Source: a virus (lineage: Duplodnaviria > Caudoviricetes). From it: a stretch of 64,000 nt of DNA. The notes below the pieces were generated by a model, which was not told the DNA's origin, ran no database searches, and saw only the letters and a list, made by a program, of their open reading frames with translations. Made by a program: the position numbers and the translations under genes. The stretch spans positions 234 to 64,233 of IMG/VR virus record IMGVR_UViG_3300030104_001945; one strand, 5' to 3'. Position 1 is the stretch's first letter, and every line of letters starts with the position of its first letter. Below are positions 32,501 through 42,576 of the stretch, in pieces.

Positions 32501-32776
32501 TTATTAGGAATGTTTGATGCTAGAGATTTTGCTAAATATGTAAGTTGGAAAGATTTTAAAAAAGGATACGATAATGCTTACTTATCTAAAACTTCTCGAA
32601 TATTCCTTGAACCAATAAATTCTTTATATGCTACTGAACAACGAGTTTTTGAAGATAAAGGTGAAGCTACATTAAATACTATAGGAGAAACAGCAGTTCA
32701 ACTTACTGGATTAGGAGTAGGGGCAGTAGATACATTAGCTGGCGCTGGAGCAAATATTTTAGGGTTAGGTGAATAA
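29531..32776 (+). CDS. Large internal virion/ejection protein
   Basis: 1081 aa helical with Ala-rich hydrophobic segment. Confidence 0.6.
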   Translation: MNEILNNLDKSVLDEDTLKLLELDTDSIKQQDTVPGDNISQEDIILDDNEYVKSELGIDMNAIQKGLELRSKRETDGLDTYYEDVFTNIIKPNKNWSNIVYQNGLELMKEKHGEGATPGFVDEETLFEAGKIFIDNMYEYNPDVQSAFLNYKTMIEDTTSGEEAMLLSGISNEVSMDVWPRLIVETLGPNADIDLKKSLLTTVLENQNPNSSVEVGTFAELTQGIYQGDTPDALAYRIDGKAITPVNVPGFDTKDLSLFLRELPNVAASITAGASMIASGYGIPATAAASASAVAITELATNGFGFAYEKYYTTGEVTEEEIIDFLKNASKDVAFAAALEGTFGVVIPGMATVIKRIINRGAVAPQKLRSAYHQSLKGGDKTSEKAVKDLAKINKIMTDRLGKNPNSPDGTWIDLNILQTFKGAIPATQKASQVLSNKGLTATDIAATKIVQDTSEAFQLIFAKNIDDGMITPGMLPNFTASPSILFGDAFQKIAGQMGEANLKEVEALFTKPLDELTAILNVFNKSNVLENPNAVFDKSMISGSGQEILEKLIQNGNTNIASVFEIAGVKLTDEIIRPANLRSSAYQFLKSIDDGLLKNLDEPQQKALKEIVKKLSVYTKNTPGRGKLKDLSYNQVDAILNQLNEMIDNPALYGGLGKNNKTLVMAGALREDLEKGLRKALGDDNWLKIKGQRSELKAINDLRKGELFKKILKSDEFFTDQNGGAFFKSVKNNSKVLSQMNSVFNRMPSLGDQKRLFKMGIIDDLTDAINGPTGDALEMAIKNKDFKFVNAAYKTWMKANRKNISQFFTKEEMKLLDTNAIKATNLLETLTKKRGAEMDLVKQFTGKLQAMDPQALLGFFKKNPKQFKKFYEEGIKKGIFDKEAMTNFKKYVAMSFNNKTLATQGDGLFLYDPDAMIKEILDAPDFYRNVFGEQWLKDASEMANFLQQYYSPIKTLISGGDNQAARAALQNVFMGQLDRKRTFFRGTLNLLGMFDARDFAKYVSWKDFKKGYDNAYLSKTSRIFLEPINSLYATEQRVFEDKGEATLNTIGETAVQLTGLGVGAVDTLAGAGANILGLGE

Positions 32777-33000
32777 TGGCAACTAAATTAGAAATTCATG
32801 AAGCAAAAGAGGACGAGAAATGGACTCGCCAGAACGAAATTAATGCTAGACTTGAGGAATTAGTCGAGAAGAATACCGAAGCTATTAACAGTTTAAATGT
32901 TACGATAGCTAATAGTAAAGGCACATTAAAAGCTTTAGGTATTATCAGTTTGATAGTAGGTATATTAATATCTATATCAAACATGTCATGGCCGAAATAA
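32776..33000 (+). CDS. Small membrane protein
   Basis: Coiled coil plus C-terminal TM. Confidence 0.6.
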   Translation: MATKLEIHEAKEDEKWTRQNEINARLEELVEKNTEAINSLNVTIANSKGTLKALGIISLIVGILISISNMSWPK

Positions 33001-33299
33001 GTAAAGTTAGATTAGGAATAATTGCGGAACATTATGCGATTCAATGGTTATTGAATCAAGGACATCAAGTATTTTATAATACCGTACATACTGGACCAAT
33101 AGATATAGTTATACTAGAAAAAGATAAATTAATTCCTATTGATGTTAAAGTAGTAAGCCTTCGAAAAAATAAAAATTTATTAGAGTGTCAACGTAAAGTA
33201 TTTAGGTCTCCTAATGCAAGACAAAAAGAGCTAGGGGTTAGAATTTTAAACGTTGATTTGGTTAATAATTTATGTTATTGGAACGAAAATAGTGTATAA
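32988..33299 (+). CDS. PD-(D/E)XK endonuclease
   Basis: GIIAEHYA...GPIDIV...IDVKV. Confidence 0.75.
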   Translation: MAEISKVRLGIIAEHYAIQWLLNQGHQVFYNTVHTGPIDIVILEKDKLIPIDVKVVSLRKNKNLLECQRKVFRSPNARQKELGVRILNVDLVNNLCYWNENSV

Positions 33300-33457
33300 T
33301 CAAATAACAACAAAGGAGGTTTCTGTGAAACTTTTATCAGACGTTTGGGCGTGGCTCAAAGAATGGAATGATTGGCAAATGAAAGATTGGATTAAAGCTG
33401 GTATTGTAGCTATTGTTATAATAGTAGTTTTAAGTAAAATGACAGGAGCATAGTTTA

Positions 33458-33850
33458 ATGTTAGGGCTACTTTTAAAACCATTATTAGGTGTTGCAGGCG
33501 ATGTCGTTAAAGGTGTCGTAGATACAAAAAAAGCTAAAGCTGTACAGAAAATAACAAAGATTAAAGCAGAGACAGAGTTATTAAATAAACAGATAGCAGG
33601 GGAAGTATCTTGGGAAGCATCAGCTGTGAATCAAATGAAAGGATCATGGAAAGATGAGGTAGCCCTCATTGTTTTGCTAGTCCCTGCAATTTTAGTGTTC
33701 ATTCCAGGAATGACAGAACACGTAGAAAAAGGATTTATTGCTTTACAAAAATTACCAACTTTTTATCAACACTTATTATATATTGCAATTAGTGCTTCTT
33801 TTGGAATAAAAGGAGTAGGAGGAGCAATGAAAATGTTGAAGAAAAAATAA
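33458..33850 (+). CDS. Holin-like membrane protein
   Basis: SWKDE motif and TM helices, near lysozyme. Confidence 0.6.
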   Translation: MLGLLLKPLLGVAGDVVKGVVDTKKAKAVQKITKIKAETELLNKQIAGEVSWEASAVNQMKGSWKDEVALIVLLVPAILVFIPGMTEHVEKGFIALQKLPTFYQHLLYIAISASFGIKGVGGAMKMLKKK

Positions 33851-34016
33851 TGGTTAATAAACATTACAATTCGTTTTTAATTAAACGTAAGAGAATGATG
33901 AAAAAAAATACTCCCACTGTAAAAGATAATAATGATTTTTATACTCACATGAAAAAAGAACAAGAAATTTTAGATATATCTATGAAAGAATCTATAAAAC
34001 AAAAAGAACAAAGAAA

Positions 34017-34247
34017 ATGATGACTCCTGAAAGATTATCGGCATGGAGAATATTTCCACGATTATTAATTACATTATATGGAATTTCATTTTGGAGAACA
34101 ACAGAATGGTTTATGAATTTACCTGATCCTACTAATGCTCAATCAGCTTTTGTATCAGTAGTAGTTGGAGCAGGGGCGGCATGGTTTGGTTTATATGTTG
34201 GAGGAACTAAACACGCAAGTGTTAAAATTGAAAATAAAGAACAATGA
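34017..34247 (+). CDS. Small two-TM membrane protein
   Basis: WRIFPRL...GAGAAWFGLY. Confidence 0.6.
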   Translation: MMTPERLSAWRIFPRLLITLYGISFWRTTEWFMNLPDPTNAQSAFVSVVVGAGAAWFGLYVGGTKHASVKIENKEQ

Positions 34248-34672
34248 ACGACTTAGAAAAAAGAATAAAACATCATGAGGGTTATAGAAATATGGTATAT
34301 AAAGATACCCTTGGAAAAAGAACAATAGGGTGGGGACACTTATGTCGTTCAGATGAAACATGGGAAGATGACGTTGAATATTCTAAAGATGTTCTTCAAC
34401 ATTATTTTGACATTGATTTTGATTTGGCCATTTCTGGCGCTGATAGTCTTTGCGGCCATATGGGTATTGATGAAAGAGCTGAAGAAATACTTATTGAAAT
34501 GTGCTTTCAATTAGGAAAAACAGGTGTTTCTAATTTTAAAAATATGTTAAAAGGATTACAGGAAAAAGATTATAATAAAGCTGCGGATGAAATGTTAGAT
34601 TCTAGATGGTATAAACAAACACCAAATAGAGCTAAAGAATTAAGCGATATGATGAGGAATATACATGGCTAA
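34244..34672 (+). CDS. Endolysin (T4-type lysozyme, GH24)
   Basis: HEG-x-YKDT-x-TIGWGH catalytic E/D/T; SRWYKQTPNRA. Confidence 0.92.
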   Translation: MNDLEKRIKHHEGYRNMVYKDTLGKRTIGWGHLCRSDETWEDDVEYSKDVLQHYFDIDFDLAISGADSLCGHMGIDERAEEILIEMCFQLGKTGVSNFKNMLKGLQEKDYNKAADEMLDSRWYKQTPNRAKELSDMMRNIHG

Positions 34673-34802
34673 ACGAGGACTATATGCAAATATTAATGCA
34701 AGAAAAAAAGCAGGGACAAGTAGGTCTAAGAAAAAATCAACTATAACACCTAAAGCATATGCTAATATGAAAGCTGGATTTCCTAAGAAAAAGAAAAAGT
34801 GA
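34665..34802 (+). CDS. Small basic protein (45 aa)
   Basis: MAKRGLYANINARKKAGTSRSKKKSTITPKAYANMKAGFPKKKKK; GAGGA upstream. Confidence 0.7.
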   Translation: MAKRGLYANINARKKAGTSRSKKKSTITPKAYANMKAGFPKKKKK

Positions 34803-35068
34803 AAAAAATACATAAGAATCCTAAGGGAGGTTTATCCGCTAAAGGTAGAGCACACTTTAATTCTAAAGGTGCTAATTTAAAACCCCCTGTTAAGAAAGGA
34901 ACTAATCCTAGACGAGTTTCATTTGCTGCAAGATTTGCAGGTATGAAAGGTCCTATGAAAAAACCTAACGGAGAACCTACGAGAAAAGCTTTAGCCCTTA
35001 AAAAATGGGGATTCGGTAGTGTAGAGGCTGCTCGTAATTTTGCAAATAAAAATAAAAAGAAAAAGTAA
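34799..35068 (+). CDS. Basic conserved marine-phage protein (DUF6321-like)
   Basis: KNPKGGL...NLKPPVK...RRVSFAAR...ALKKWG. Confidence 0.65.
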   Translation: MKKIHKNPKGGLSAKGRAHFNSKGANLKPPVKKGTNPRRVSFAARFAGMKGPMKKPNGEPTRKALALKKWGFGSVEAARNFANKNKKKK

Positions 35069-35514
35069 TGCTTAAATATTTTGCTTCTATCCCGATAGTT
35101 TTATCGGTGATTGCCGGTGCCTATGGTACTTTAAATTATATCAATAAATTAACAACACAAATTGATAATAGTGCAGATACTATTGCTTTATTACAAGTAG
35201 AAGTAGAAAATTTAGAACAACGTGTTTATGGAGATATGGATAATATCCATGCTATCTTTACTGATAAAACTGGTAGAAATAGTGAAGCATACACAGAAGC
35301 AAGAGAAGAACTTGTAAAAGAAATGGCAAACTTTAGTGCTTGGGTAGGACGTATTGAAGGTGTAGTAAATGCACTTCGTGATGCTTCTTATAAAATGGCA
35401 GCAGATTCAGAACTACGAGCCCTAGAAGAACTTGTACGAAGTAATGCAGATGCTATAAGACAATATAAATATGACTTGGAGGAAGTAGAAAGAAAAGCGA
35501 CCGGAGGATATTAA
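35068..35514 (+). CDS. Membrane-anchored coiled-coil protein (spanin-like)
   Basis: N-terminal TM plus coiled coil in lysis region. Confidence 0.5.
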   Translation: MLKYFASIPIVLSVIAGAYGTLNYINKLTTQIDNSADTIALLQVEVENLEQRVYGDMDNIHAIFTDKTGRNSEAYTEAREELVKEMANFSAWVGRIEGVVNALRDASYKMAADSELRALEELVRSNADAIRQYKYDLEEVERKATGGY

Positions 35515-35933
35515 TGAGGACTCTCTTTTTTGTATTGAGTTTAATACTTATTATGTCTGCTATTACTAGTGATGCTGGTGCTATTAATCAATATTTAGGA
35601 TCAAGTAATAGTAGTTGTGAAAGAGGGCGAATAGAACTATACACTGAATTGAGAGGTGAAGATGGAAAATATTCGTATCGTGATGGTGATAATGATCCTA
35701 ATAATAGTTATAATACCTATGATGATGATATTAATGGAACTATCGGGTTGCGTTTTTCGTGGCCTTTACAATCTACTTGTAATAATGATACCATAGACTT
35801 ATTACGAAAAAATGATAGATTAAGACAAGAATTAGAATTATTATCTGTTTGTGGTAAATATAAAGAGTTAGAATTAGGCGAGGAATTTGCTACAGTCAGA
35901 GAAATATGTAAAGGAGTAAATAAAGTCGAATGA
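35514..35933 (+). CDS. Secreted/periplasmic hypothetical protein
   Basis: Signal peptide, four Cys. Confidence 0.55.
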   Translation: MRTLFFVLSLILIMSAITSDAGAINQYLGSSNSSCERGRIELYTELRGEDGKYSYRDGDNDPNNSYNTYDDDINGTIGLRFSWPLQSTCNNDTIDLLRKNDRLRQELELLSVCGKYKELELGEEFATVREICKGVNKVE

Positions 35934-36322
35934 AAGTTAGTGATAATACTTCAGTAAGTATGCCTATGAGAAACTTGCTCAGCATACTTGCAGCTGTTGG
36001 AATTGGCGTATGGAGTTACTTTGGAATTGTAGAAAGATTAAACAATATTGAGACTAATGGTAAACTAATGATTGCAGATGTTGAAAAGAATACAGAATTT
36101 AGAATTAAATGGCCTAGAGGTGAAATGGGATCACTTCCTGCTGACGCACAACAAGATATGCTAATTGAATTTATGGCTACACAAATTGAAGCTATGCAAG
36201 AAGAAATGGAAGGTATGATGAGTAATACTGTAAATATAAAAAGAGCACAACAAGATATTGAAAAATTAATTTTAGATACAGAAAAGTTAGAAGATAAAGT
36301 GAGGCAAAATGGAAGTCATTAG
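35930..36322 (+). CDS. Membrane-anchored coiled-coil protein
   Basis: TM plus coiled coil. Confidence 0.55.
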   Translation: MKVSDNTSVSMPMRNLLSILAAVGIGVWSYFGIVERLNNIETNGKLMIADVEKNTEFRIKWPRGEMGSLPADAQQDMLIEFMATQIEAMQEEMEGMMSNTVNIKRAQQDIEKLILDTEKLEDKVRQNGSH

Positions 36323-36614
36323 TGTAATTCTTATGTTTGTTTTTGGTAACATGAATGACCAAGCAAGTCAAATGACACAGTATATTCCTATGAAGTCGTT
36401 ATCATCTTGTATGAAAGAAGTAAGATTACTGAAAAAGAAAAATACTGGATATGATAAAGATGCTTTTTGTGGACCAGGTATTGTACATATAGAAGATGGT
36501 GAAGTTATCGCATTATATAATGAAGTACCAGATGGTGCTAAATTAGTTAAAAAAGATATAGATGCTGCAGCTTTTGAAAGATGGTCTTTAAGAGCGAAAG
36601 CGAAGTGGGATTAA
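36309..36614 (+). CDS. Hypothetical protein
   Basis: Overlapping ORF in operon. Confidence 0.5.
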   Translation: MEVISVILMFVFGNMNDQASQMTQYIPMKSLSSCMKEVRLLKKKNTGYDKDAFCGPGIVHIEDGEVIALYNEVPDGAKLVKKDIDAAAFERWSLRAKAKWD

Positions 36615-36837
36615 TGGAACCAGTAAGTATAGCTTATATTATTTTTGGAACATTATGGGTAATGGGAGCAATTACTTATTTATGATTATAAAAATTATTT
36701 TTTTATTATTATTCTCATTACTTATAGCAATAGAATTTGGACATTTGTTTATTTATTATACACAAATATGGGGAGCAATGTGTTAGGAATAGTTTATTTT
36801 TATACTCAAAGAAATATAACTTATAAAAGTTATAGAC

Positions 36838-38307
36838 CTAAATCCATTCTTTCCAGTTATCGCCGGTTATTGAATTGGCTAAAGAAAGTTTGTTTTTTAA
36901 ACTACTAAATATTTTTTCATCAATAGTTTTAGGAGTAACAAAATCAATATATGTTACATTATTTTTTTGACCAATTCTATGGGGTCTATCTTCTGATTGT
37001 AATCTTGCTTCTAAATCGTATGTATTAGCATAATAAATTACAGTTTTAGCTGCAGTTAAAGTTATTCCATACCCACCCATACGAGGATTAGCTACAATAT
37101 ATTTAAATTTACCATCTTGAAATTCATTAATAATTTTTTGTCTATCTTCTGATTTAGTTTCTCCAAAATAAGTTGCTACTGGTATTTTAAAATGTTCTAT
37201 TAATTTAGATTGTATTTCTTTTATAGACCTTTTATAATTAGCCCATATTATTACTTGACCTTCAGTTTCTTCTAGTACTTGAATTAATTCATTTAATCTA
37301 GGATTAGTACCAGGTATTGCTTCTTCAGTACCATCATCATGTTTAACAAACCCACATAAGACTTGATGAAGTCGTAGCAATCTAGTTATGACTAAAGGAG
37401 CAGTTATAGATTTTTCTTTAGATAATTCTACATAGGCTTTTTTACGAAGTGTTTCATATATTCTTTTTTGTTCTGGAGAAAATTCTATTTCTCTCTTTTG
37501 ATATAATTTATCGGGTAAATCTAAACAATCTTCTTTTGTTACTCTAAACATATGAGATTTAATAGATTGTTGAAGTTCATCTAAATTTTGATAATCGACT
37601 ACTTCGTGAAATGTTTTCATATTAATAGTTCTTCTGCGTAGTACACAGTATCTATTTCTAAACCCATAAAAACTACAATTTAAAACATACTCTGATAAAA
37701 AAGTCATTTGAGTATAAATATCAATAGGACTTTGTGTTATTGGAGTTCCTGTTAATACTCTCCTAAATTTAGATTGCTTTGATAACTTTAAAATATTTTT
37801 AGTTCTTCTCGCAGTTCTATGTTTAATGGTACTTGACTCATCAACTACGACTAATGATTTATGCACATTAAGAAAACGTTGAGTATAATTTAATCCTTTA
37901 GTTGTACTAAAAGCTTCTACATTAATAATAAATATTTTTAATTTATGAGTATCTTCTCTTAAAAAATCTTTCAATCTTTTTATATTGGATTTAGTTTCAA
38001 CTGGTTTCCAAAGTTCAATATGAGAATATTCTAGTACATCATCTGGCATATGAATTGGTATTTCTGATTGTTCCCAGTTTCTATATACACCTTTAGGAGC
38101 TATAATTACGGCTGCATTAATAGAACCTTTTCTATATAAATAAGCTATATTATCTACTATTACTTTAGATTTACCAGTACCTTGTTCCATAAACAAAGCA
38201 TAATATTCTTTATCCCTACTAATATTAAAAGCATCAAGTTGATGTTTAAATGGTTCAGTTTTAAATTTAAAGTCCTTAACTTTATCGTCACTAAATATGA
38301 TTTTCAT
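36838..38307 (-). CDS. SNF2-family (SF2) helicase
   Basis: MEQGTGKS, VVDES, LTGTP, GGYGITLT, QSEDRPHRIGQ; only credible minus-strand gene. Confidence 0.93.
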   Translation of the reverse strand: MKIIFSDDKVKDFKFKTEPFKHQLDAFNISRDKEYYALFMEQGTGKSKVIVDNIAYLYRKGSINAAVIIAPKGVYRNWEQSEIPIHMPDDVLEYSHIELWKPVETKSNIKRLKDFLREDTHKLKIFIINVEAFSTTKGLNYTQRFLNVHKSLVVVDESSTIKHRTARRTKNILKLSKQSKFRRVLTGTPITQSPIDIYTQMTFLSEYVLNCSFYGFRNRYCVLRRRTINMKTFHEVVDYQNLDELQQSIKSHMFRVTKEDCLDLPDKLYQKREIEFSPEQKRIYETLRKKAYVELSKEKSITAPLVITRLLRLHQVLCGFVKHDDGTEEAIPGTNPRLNELIQVLEETEGQVIIWANYKRSIKEIQSKLIEHFKIPVATYFGETKSEDRQKIINEFQDGKFKYIVANPRMGGYGITLTAAKTVIYYANTYDLEARLQSEDRPHRIGQKNNVTYIDFVTPKTIDEKIFSSLKNKLSLANSITGDNWKEWI

Positions 38308-38384
38308 TTTTTACTTTCTTTAAAAATTTATTTATATATAAAAGATTATTATTATAAAGTAAAATTTTAATAGAAAGGAAAGAA
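38308..38384. promoter_or_regulatory. AT-rich divergent promoter region
   Basis: Between divergent helicase and replication operon; TATTAT/TATAAA boxes and AGAAAGG SD. Confidence 0.55.
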
Positions 38385-38726
38385 ATGAAAAAAGGTAAAG
38401 TATATGTTGTTCAAGAGAATCCTAAGTTTAGTGTTCTTACTGCTGGGCAATATGGAGAATTAAGTGTTCTACTTCCTTTTGGCTCTCAAGTCGTTTTAAG
38501 CGTAGCACCTACATTACAGGTGATTAGAAAAAAGTTAAAAGATTTTTCTGATGACGATTATCTAGTTGCTATTGGCGACCCTACTGCAATAGCTATTGCA
38601 TGTATGGTAGCGGCAGAAGTAAATAGAGGTGTAGTAAATATGCTTAAATGGGATAAGCGAGAAAAGATGTATTATCCAGTAACAATTGATATGCTAGGAC
38701 GAAAGGAGAAAGAGAAAAATGGCTGA
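38385..38726 (+). CDS. Hypothetical protein
   Basis: DDYLVAIGDP...LKWD; strong SD. Confidence 0.7.
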   Translation: MKKGKVYVVQENPKFSVLTAGQYGELSVLLPFGSQVVLSVAPTLQVIRKKLKDFSDDDYLVAIGDPTAIAIACMVAAEVNRGVVNMLKWDKREKMYYPVTIDMLGRKEKEKNG

Positions 38727-39300
38727 TGTAGATATTTTTCAATCACTAGAAGAAGATGCTAAACGTCAAAAGGAAATTCCTAATGACGAGAAGTTTAAAC
38801 AACTCAATACTCTTGCGAAAAGTTTAGTTGATACAAAAAACGATATTTCTGTAGCAGAAGAAAACGTAAGTAAGTTAAAAGAGAGTTATAAACAGATTAG
38901 GGAGAATGACCTTCCTGATATGATGAATTCTTTAAATATGGATCAGTTTAAACTGACAGACGGTACAGTTATCTCAGTAAAAGATGACGTATTTGCTTCA
39001 ATTAAAGCTGATAAGAATGTCGAAGCATTACAATGGCTAGACGATAATGGACTTGGAGATATTATTAAACATAAAATATCTATATCTTTTAATCGTGGAG
39101 AACATGAAGATGCTGAGAAATTTAAAGATATGTTTGACAAATCGTTTAAACAAGAGTTAGATGAGAAGTCGACAGTCCACCCTCAAACATTAAAAGCAAC
39201 AGTTAAAGAAATGGTTAATACCGGACAAACTTTACCTGATAATCTTTTCAATGTATATGAGGCGAAGATTGCTAATGTGAAAATACCGAAAGGAGAATAA
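38719..39300 (+). CDS. Conserved replication-module protein
   Basis: WLDDNGLGDIIK...VHPQTLKA motif. Confidence 0.7.
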   Translation: MADVDIFQSLEEDAKRQKEIPNDEKFKQLNTLAKSLVDTKNDISVAEENVSKLKESYKQIRENDLPDMMNSLNMDQFKLTDGTVISVKDDVFASIKADKNVEALQWLDDNGLGDIIKHKISISFNRGEHEDAEKFKDMFDKSFKQELDEKSTVHPQTLKATVKEMVNTGQTLPDNLFNVYEAKIANVKIPKGE

Positions 39301-39301
39301 A

Positions 39302-40060
39302 ATGGCCGATACACAAGTAGCGAAGAAAGCAAACTCAGCACTAAGTATTCCTGCAGAGGATTTACTCGCTGACGTTGGAAGAGGACTTGAAAAAGTTTCT
39401 TCTGACGATATGACGATACCGAGATTAGCTATCATACAAAGTGGTAGTCCTCAACGAAAAAAGAAAGACGATAAATATATAGATAACGCAGATGAGGGAA
39501 TGGTATTCAATACTGTTTCTAATGCTCTATATAAAGATACTTTCTATGTAGTACCGTGCGAATTTGAGAAATTATTTATCGAATGGGTACCACGAGAAAG
39601 TGGAGGTGGTTTAGTGACAATATATAACGCCTCTAATAAACCGCAGGCAAAAAAAGAAGAAAATGGCAGACGTTTTTTACTAGAAAATGGTAATCAATTA
39701 GTCGATACTGCTCAGCATTACGTTATGGTAATAGGAAAAGATGGTTCATATGAGCCAGCAGTAATGTCAATGTCATCTTCTTTATTAACAGTATCTCGTA
39801 ATTGGGTAACTAGAATGAAGTTACAACGAGAGAATGTTAATGGAAAGTTAATCGAGCCACCTACTTTTTATTACAAGTGGCCAGTAACTACTATTGAGAA
39901 AACAAACTCAGATGGCTCGTGGTTTATTTATAAAATAGGAAACCCCGAACCTGTAGGAGATGCTGATTTATATCAAGCAGCTAAAAGTTTATCCGATTCT
40001 GTAAGAAAAGGAACAGCTACTGCTGATGTAAGTTCAGATAACGATAATATACAATTTTAA
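39302..40060 (+). CDS. Probable single-stranded DNA-binding protein
   Basis: IPRLAIIQSGSPQ; acidic tail ending DNDNIQF; precedes primase. Confidence 0.65.
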   Translation: MADTQVAKKANSALSIPAEDLLADVGRGLEKVSSDDMTIPRLAIIQSGSPQRKKKDDKYIDNADEGMVFNTVSNALYKDTFYVVPCEFEKLFIEWVPRESGGGLVTIYNASNKPQAKKEENGRRFLLENGNQLVDTAQHYVMVIGKDGSYEPAVMSMSSSLLTVSRNWVTRMKLQRENVNGKLIEPPTFYYKWPVTTIEKTNSDGSWFIYKIGNPEPVGDADLYQAAKSLSDSVRKGTATADVSSDNDNIQF

Positions 40061-41560
40061 ATGTTATCTCAAGAGTTCTTTGACTTATTCAAGGGTCTTG
40101 AGCGTGCTCATGGCCGTTACGATTTAGCAACAGAAAATCAAGACGGCCAGAAGCAAGGGGGAACTGCACGTACAGTTCAAGAAACACTTACATTACACGA
40201 ATGGGATTTACACTTAAAAGGTGAACGAGGTCTCGGAGTTATACCGATTCGTGATGATAATAAAGTTTATTGGGGAGCAATAGACATTGACGTATATGAT
40301 TTAGATTTAGAAGAATTTAGCAAGAGCCTAGGCTCATCACCAATTATACCATGCAGGACTAAAAGTGGAGGATTACATTTATATGTTTTCTTTAAAGAAT
40401 CAATATTAGCTAAAAGTGTAGTTCCTAAATTAAGAGAAATAGCTACATTATTAGGATATGCTAGTGCAGAAATATTTCCTAAACAAATTAAAATAATATC
40501 TGAAAGAGGAGATGTTGGTAACTGGATAAATATGCCATATTTTGGTGGAGAATATTCTACAAGATATGCTTTTTACAATGGAAAAAGATTAAATTTAGAA
40601 GAATTTATAAATACAGCAAAAGAGAAAAGATTAAGTAATGTTAACGAAATTAAAATACCTAATTTTAAAAAAGAAAATAGTGAACTATTACCAGACGGTC
40701 CACCATGTTTACAGTATTTAGTTAAAACAGGGATACCAGCAGGATCAAGAAATAACGCACTATATAATTTAGGAGTGTATGCTAAAAAAGCTTATGCAAA
40801 TGATTGGGAAGAAAAAGTAGAAGATTATAATTTAGACTTTTTAAATCCTCCATTAAAATCAAGAGAAGTACAAACTGTTATAAGTTCTTTAAATAAAAGG
40901 TCTTACAATTATATGTGTAGCGAACCACCTATTCAACCTTTCTGTAATAGGTCGCTATGCGTATCTTGTAAGTTTGGAATATCAGAGAATGGAACTATGC
41001 CTAGAATAACTGGGATAACTAAAATAGTAACAGACCCTCCTACTTATTTTTTAACTGTTGACGATTTAAGAATTGGTCCACTCGAATCAATAGATATTCT
41101 TAATCAGAAAAACTTTCAACGTGTGGTATTTGAGCATATAGATAAAGCTATTCCTTTAGTTTCTCCTCATTTATGGATTGAAATGATGAACGATTTAATC
41201 GCTAAAGTAGAGATAGTTGAAGCAACTGCTGATTCTTCTAATAAAGGTAGACTATGGGAATTGTGCGAAAGATTTTGTACTGGCTCTAGTTCTTCAGATG
41301 CTATGGAAGATATATTAAGAGGTCAAGCTGTTACGATAGATAATAAAACATTATTTAGAATTAACGATTTTATGGAGTTTCTTGAGAAACACCGATTCAA
41401 AGAATTTAAATTGCATGAAGTTACTGCACATTTAAAAGAACGAGGAGCCAAACATGAAGCTAAGAAAGTAAAAGGTAAGCATGTTAACATATGGATTATT
41501 CCAGAGTTCGAAAAACAACAAGAAGATTTTACGGAGCCAAACATTGAGGAGGTATTTTAA
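40061..41560 (+). CDS. Primase (AEP/PrimPol type with PriCT domain)
   Basis: GAIDID, RTKSGGLHLY, NWINMPY, GPPCL...GSRNNAL. Confidence 0.85.
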   Translation: MLSQEFFDLFKGLERAHGRYDLATENQDGQKQGGTARTVQETLTLHEWDLHLKGERGLGVIPIRDDNKVYWGAIDIDVYDLDLEEFSKSLGSSPIIPCRTKSGGLHLYVFFKESILAKSVVPKLREIATLLGYASAEIFPKQIKIISERGDVGNWINMPYFGGEYSTRYAFYNGKRLNLEEFINTAKEKRLSNVNEIKIPNFKKENSELLPDGPPCLQYLVKTGIPAGSRNNALYNLGVYAKKAYANDWEEKVEDYNLDFLNPPLKSREVQTVISSLNKRSYNYMCSEPPIQPFCNRSLCVSCKFGISENGTMPRITGITKIVTDPPTYFLTVDDLRIGPLESIDILNQKNFQRVVFEHIDKAIPLVSPHLWIEMMNDLIAKVEIVEATADSSNKGRLWELCERFCTGSSSSDAMEDILRGQAVTIDNKTLFRINDFMEFLEKHRFKEFKLHEVTAHLKERGAKHEAKKVKGKHVNIWIIPEFEKQQEDFTEPNIEEVF

Positions 41561-41787
41561 TGACTGAAAGAAAAGATGTAGTAGTGAAAGTCAAAGGACT
41601 TTCAGTATTTGGAGAAAATAAATCTAAACCAAAGGAGAAAGAAAATGCAAAAATTATCAACAGGGATGATAAGAAAGACAGTACCGAGAAAAAAGAGTCT
41701 ACACATGGGAAAACATAATCCTATCTACACTAAACATAGAAAAGGAAAAGGACAATTTAAAAGAAAACAAACTCATTGGAGTCAATT

Positions 41788-42576
41788 ATGAAATATTTAT
41801 TTTTTGACGTAGAAACAACAGGATTATGGAGAAGGGATTTGGCACCAACTGATCCTAAACAACCTAAAATAGTTCAAATAGCTGCTCAGTTAGCAAGTGA
41901 AGATGATAAAGTTACTGCACAACTAGCTTGTATAATTCAACCAGATAAATGGACTATTCCAAAAGAAGCATCAGATATTCATCACATAACTGATAATATA
42001 GCTTTGCAACACGGCGTTCCTCTGATAAATGTATTAGCTATGTTTAATTCTTTAGCAGCACAAGCTGACGTATTAGTGGCTCACAATACATCATTTGATT
42101 TACAAATGGTATTAAGAGAATTTAATGCGATAGGAAAAAGTTTTAGAATTCCTAAAGAGCAACACTGTACGATGATGACTGCTAAAGATATTTTAAAATT
42201 AGAAAGTGATTTTGATGATTATAAGTTTCCTAAATTAGAAGAAACATATAAACATTTTCTAGGATCAGGAGGTTATCATAATTGGCACGATGCTTTAACT
42301 GATATAATAATATGCCGAATAATTTACTTCCACATGAAAGCGAAAGGAATAAAAATGGAAAAACCACGTGCAATGCCTAAAGCATTAATTAAAAATCTTG
42401 ACGAAAAAATATACAAAGAGTTTTTAAATCTTATAGAATCTATTAATGAAGATAATTTAAATGATTGGGAGAAAGGTTTTTTAAAAGATCAAAAAGAAAG
42501 ACACGAAAAATATAAAGAAAAAATACTTATGAGTGATAAACAAATGAATATTTTAAGAAAGATGAAAGACAAATGA
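41788..42576 (+). CDS. DEDDh 3'-5' exonuclease
   Basis: FDVETTG, AHNTSFD, HDALTD; ATG at 41788. Confidence 0.9.
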   Translation: MKYLFFDVETTGLWRRDLAPTDPKQPKIVQIAAQLASEDDKVTAQLACIIQPDKWTIPKEASDIHHITDNIALQHGVPLINVLAMFNSLAAQADVLVAHNTSFDLQMVLREFNAIGKSFRIPKEQHCTMMTAKDILKLESDFDDYKFPKLEETYKHFLGSGGYHNWHDALTDIIICRIIYFHMKAKGIKMEKPRAMPKALIKNLDEKIYKEFLNLIESINEDNLNDWEKGFLKDQKERHEKYKEKILMSDKQMNILRKMKDK

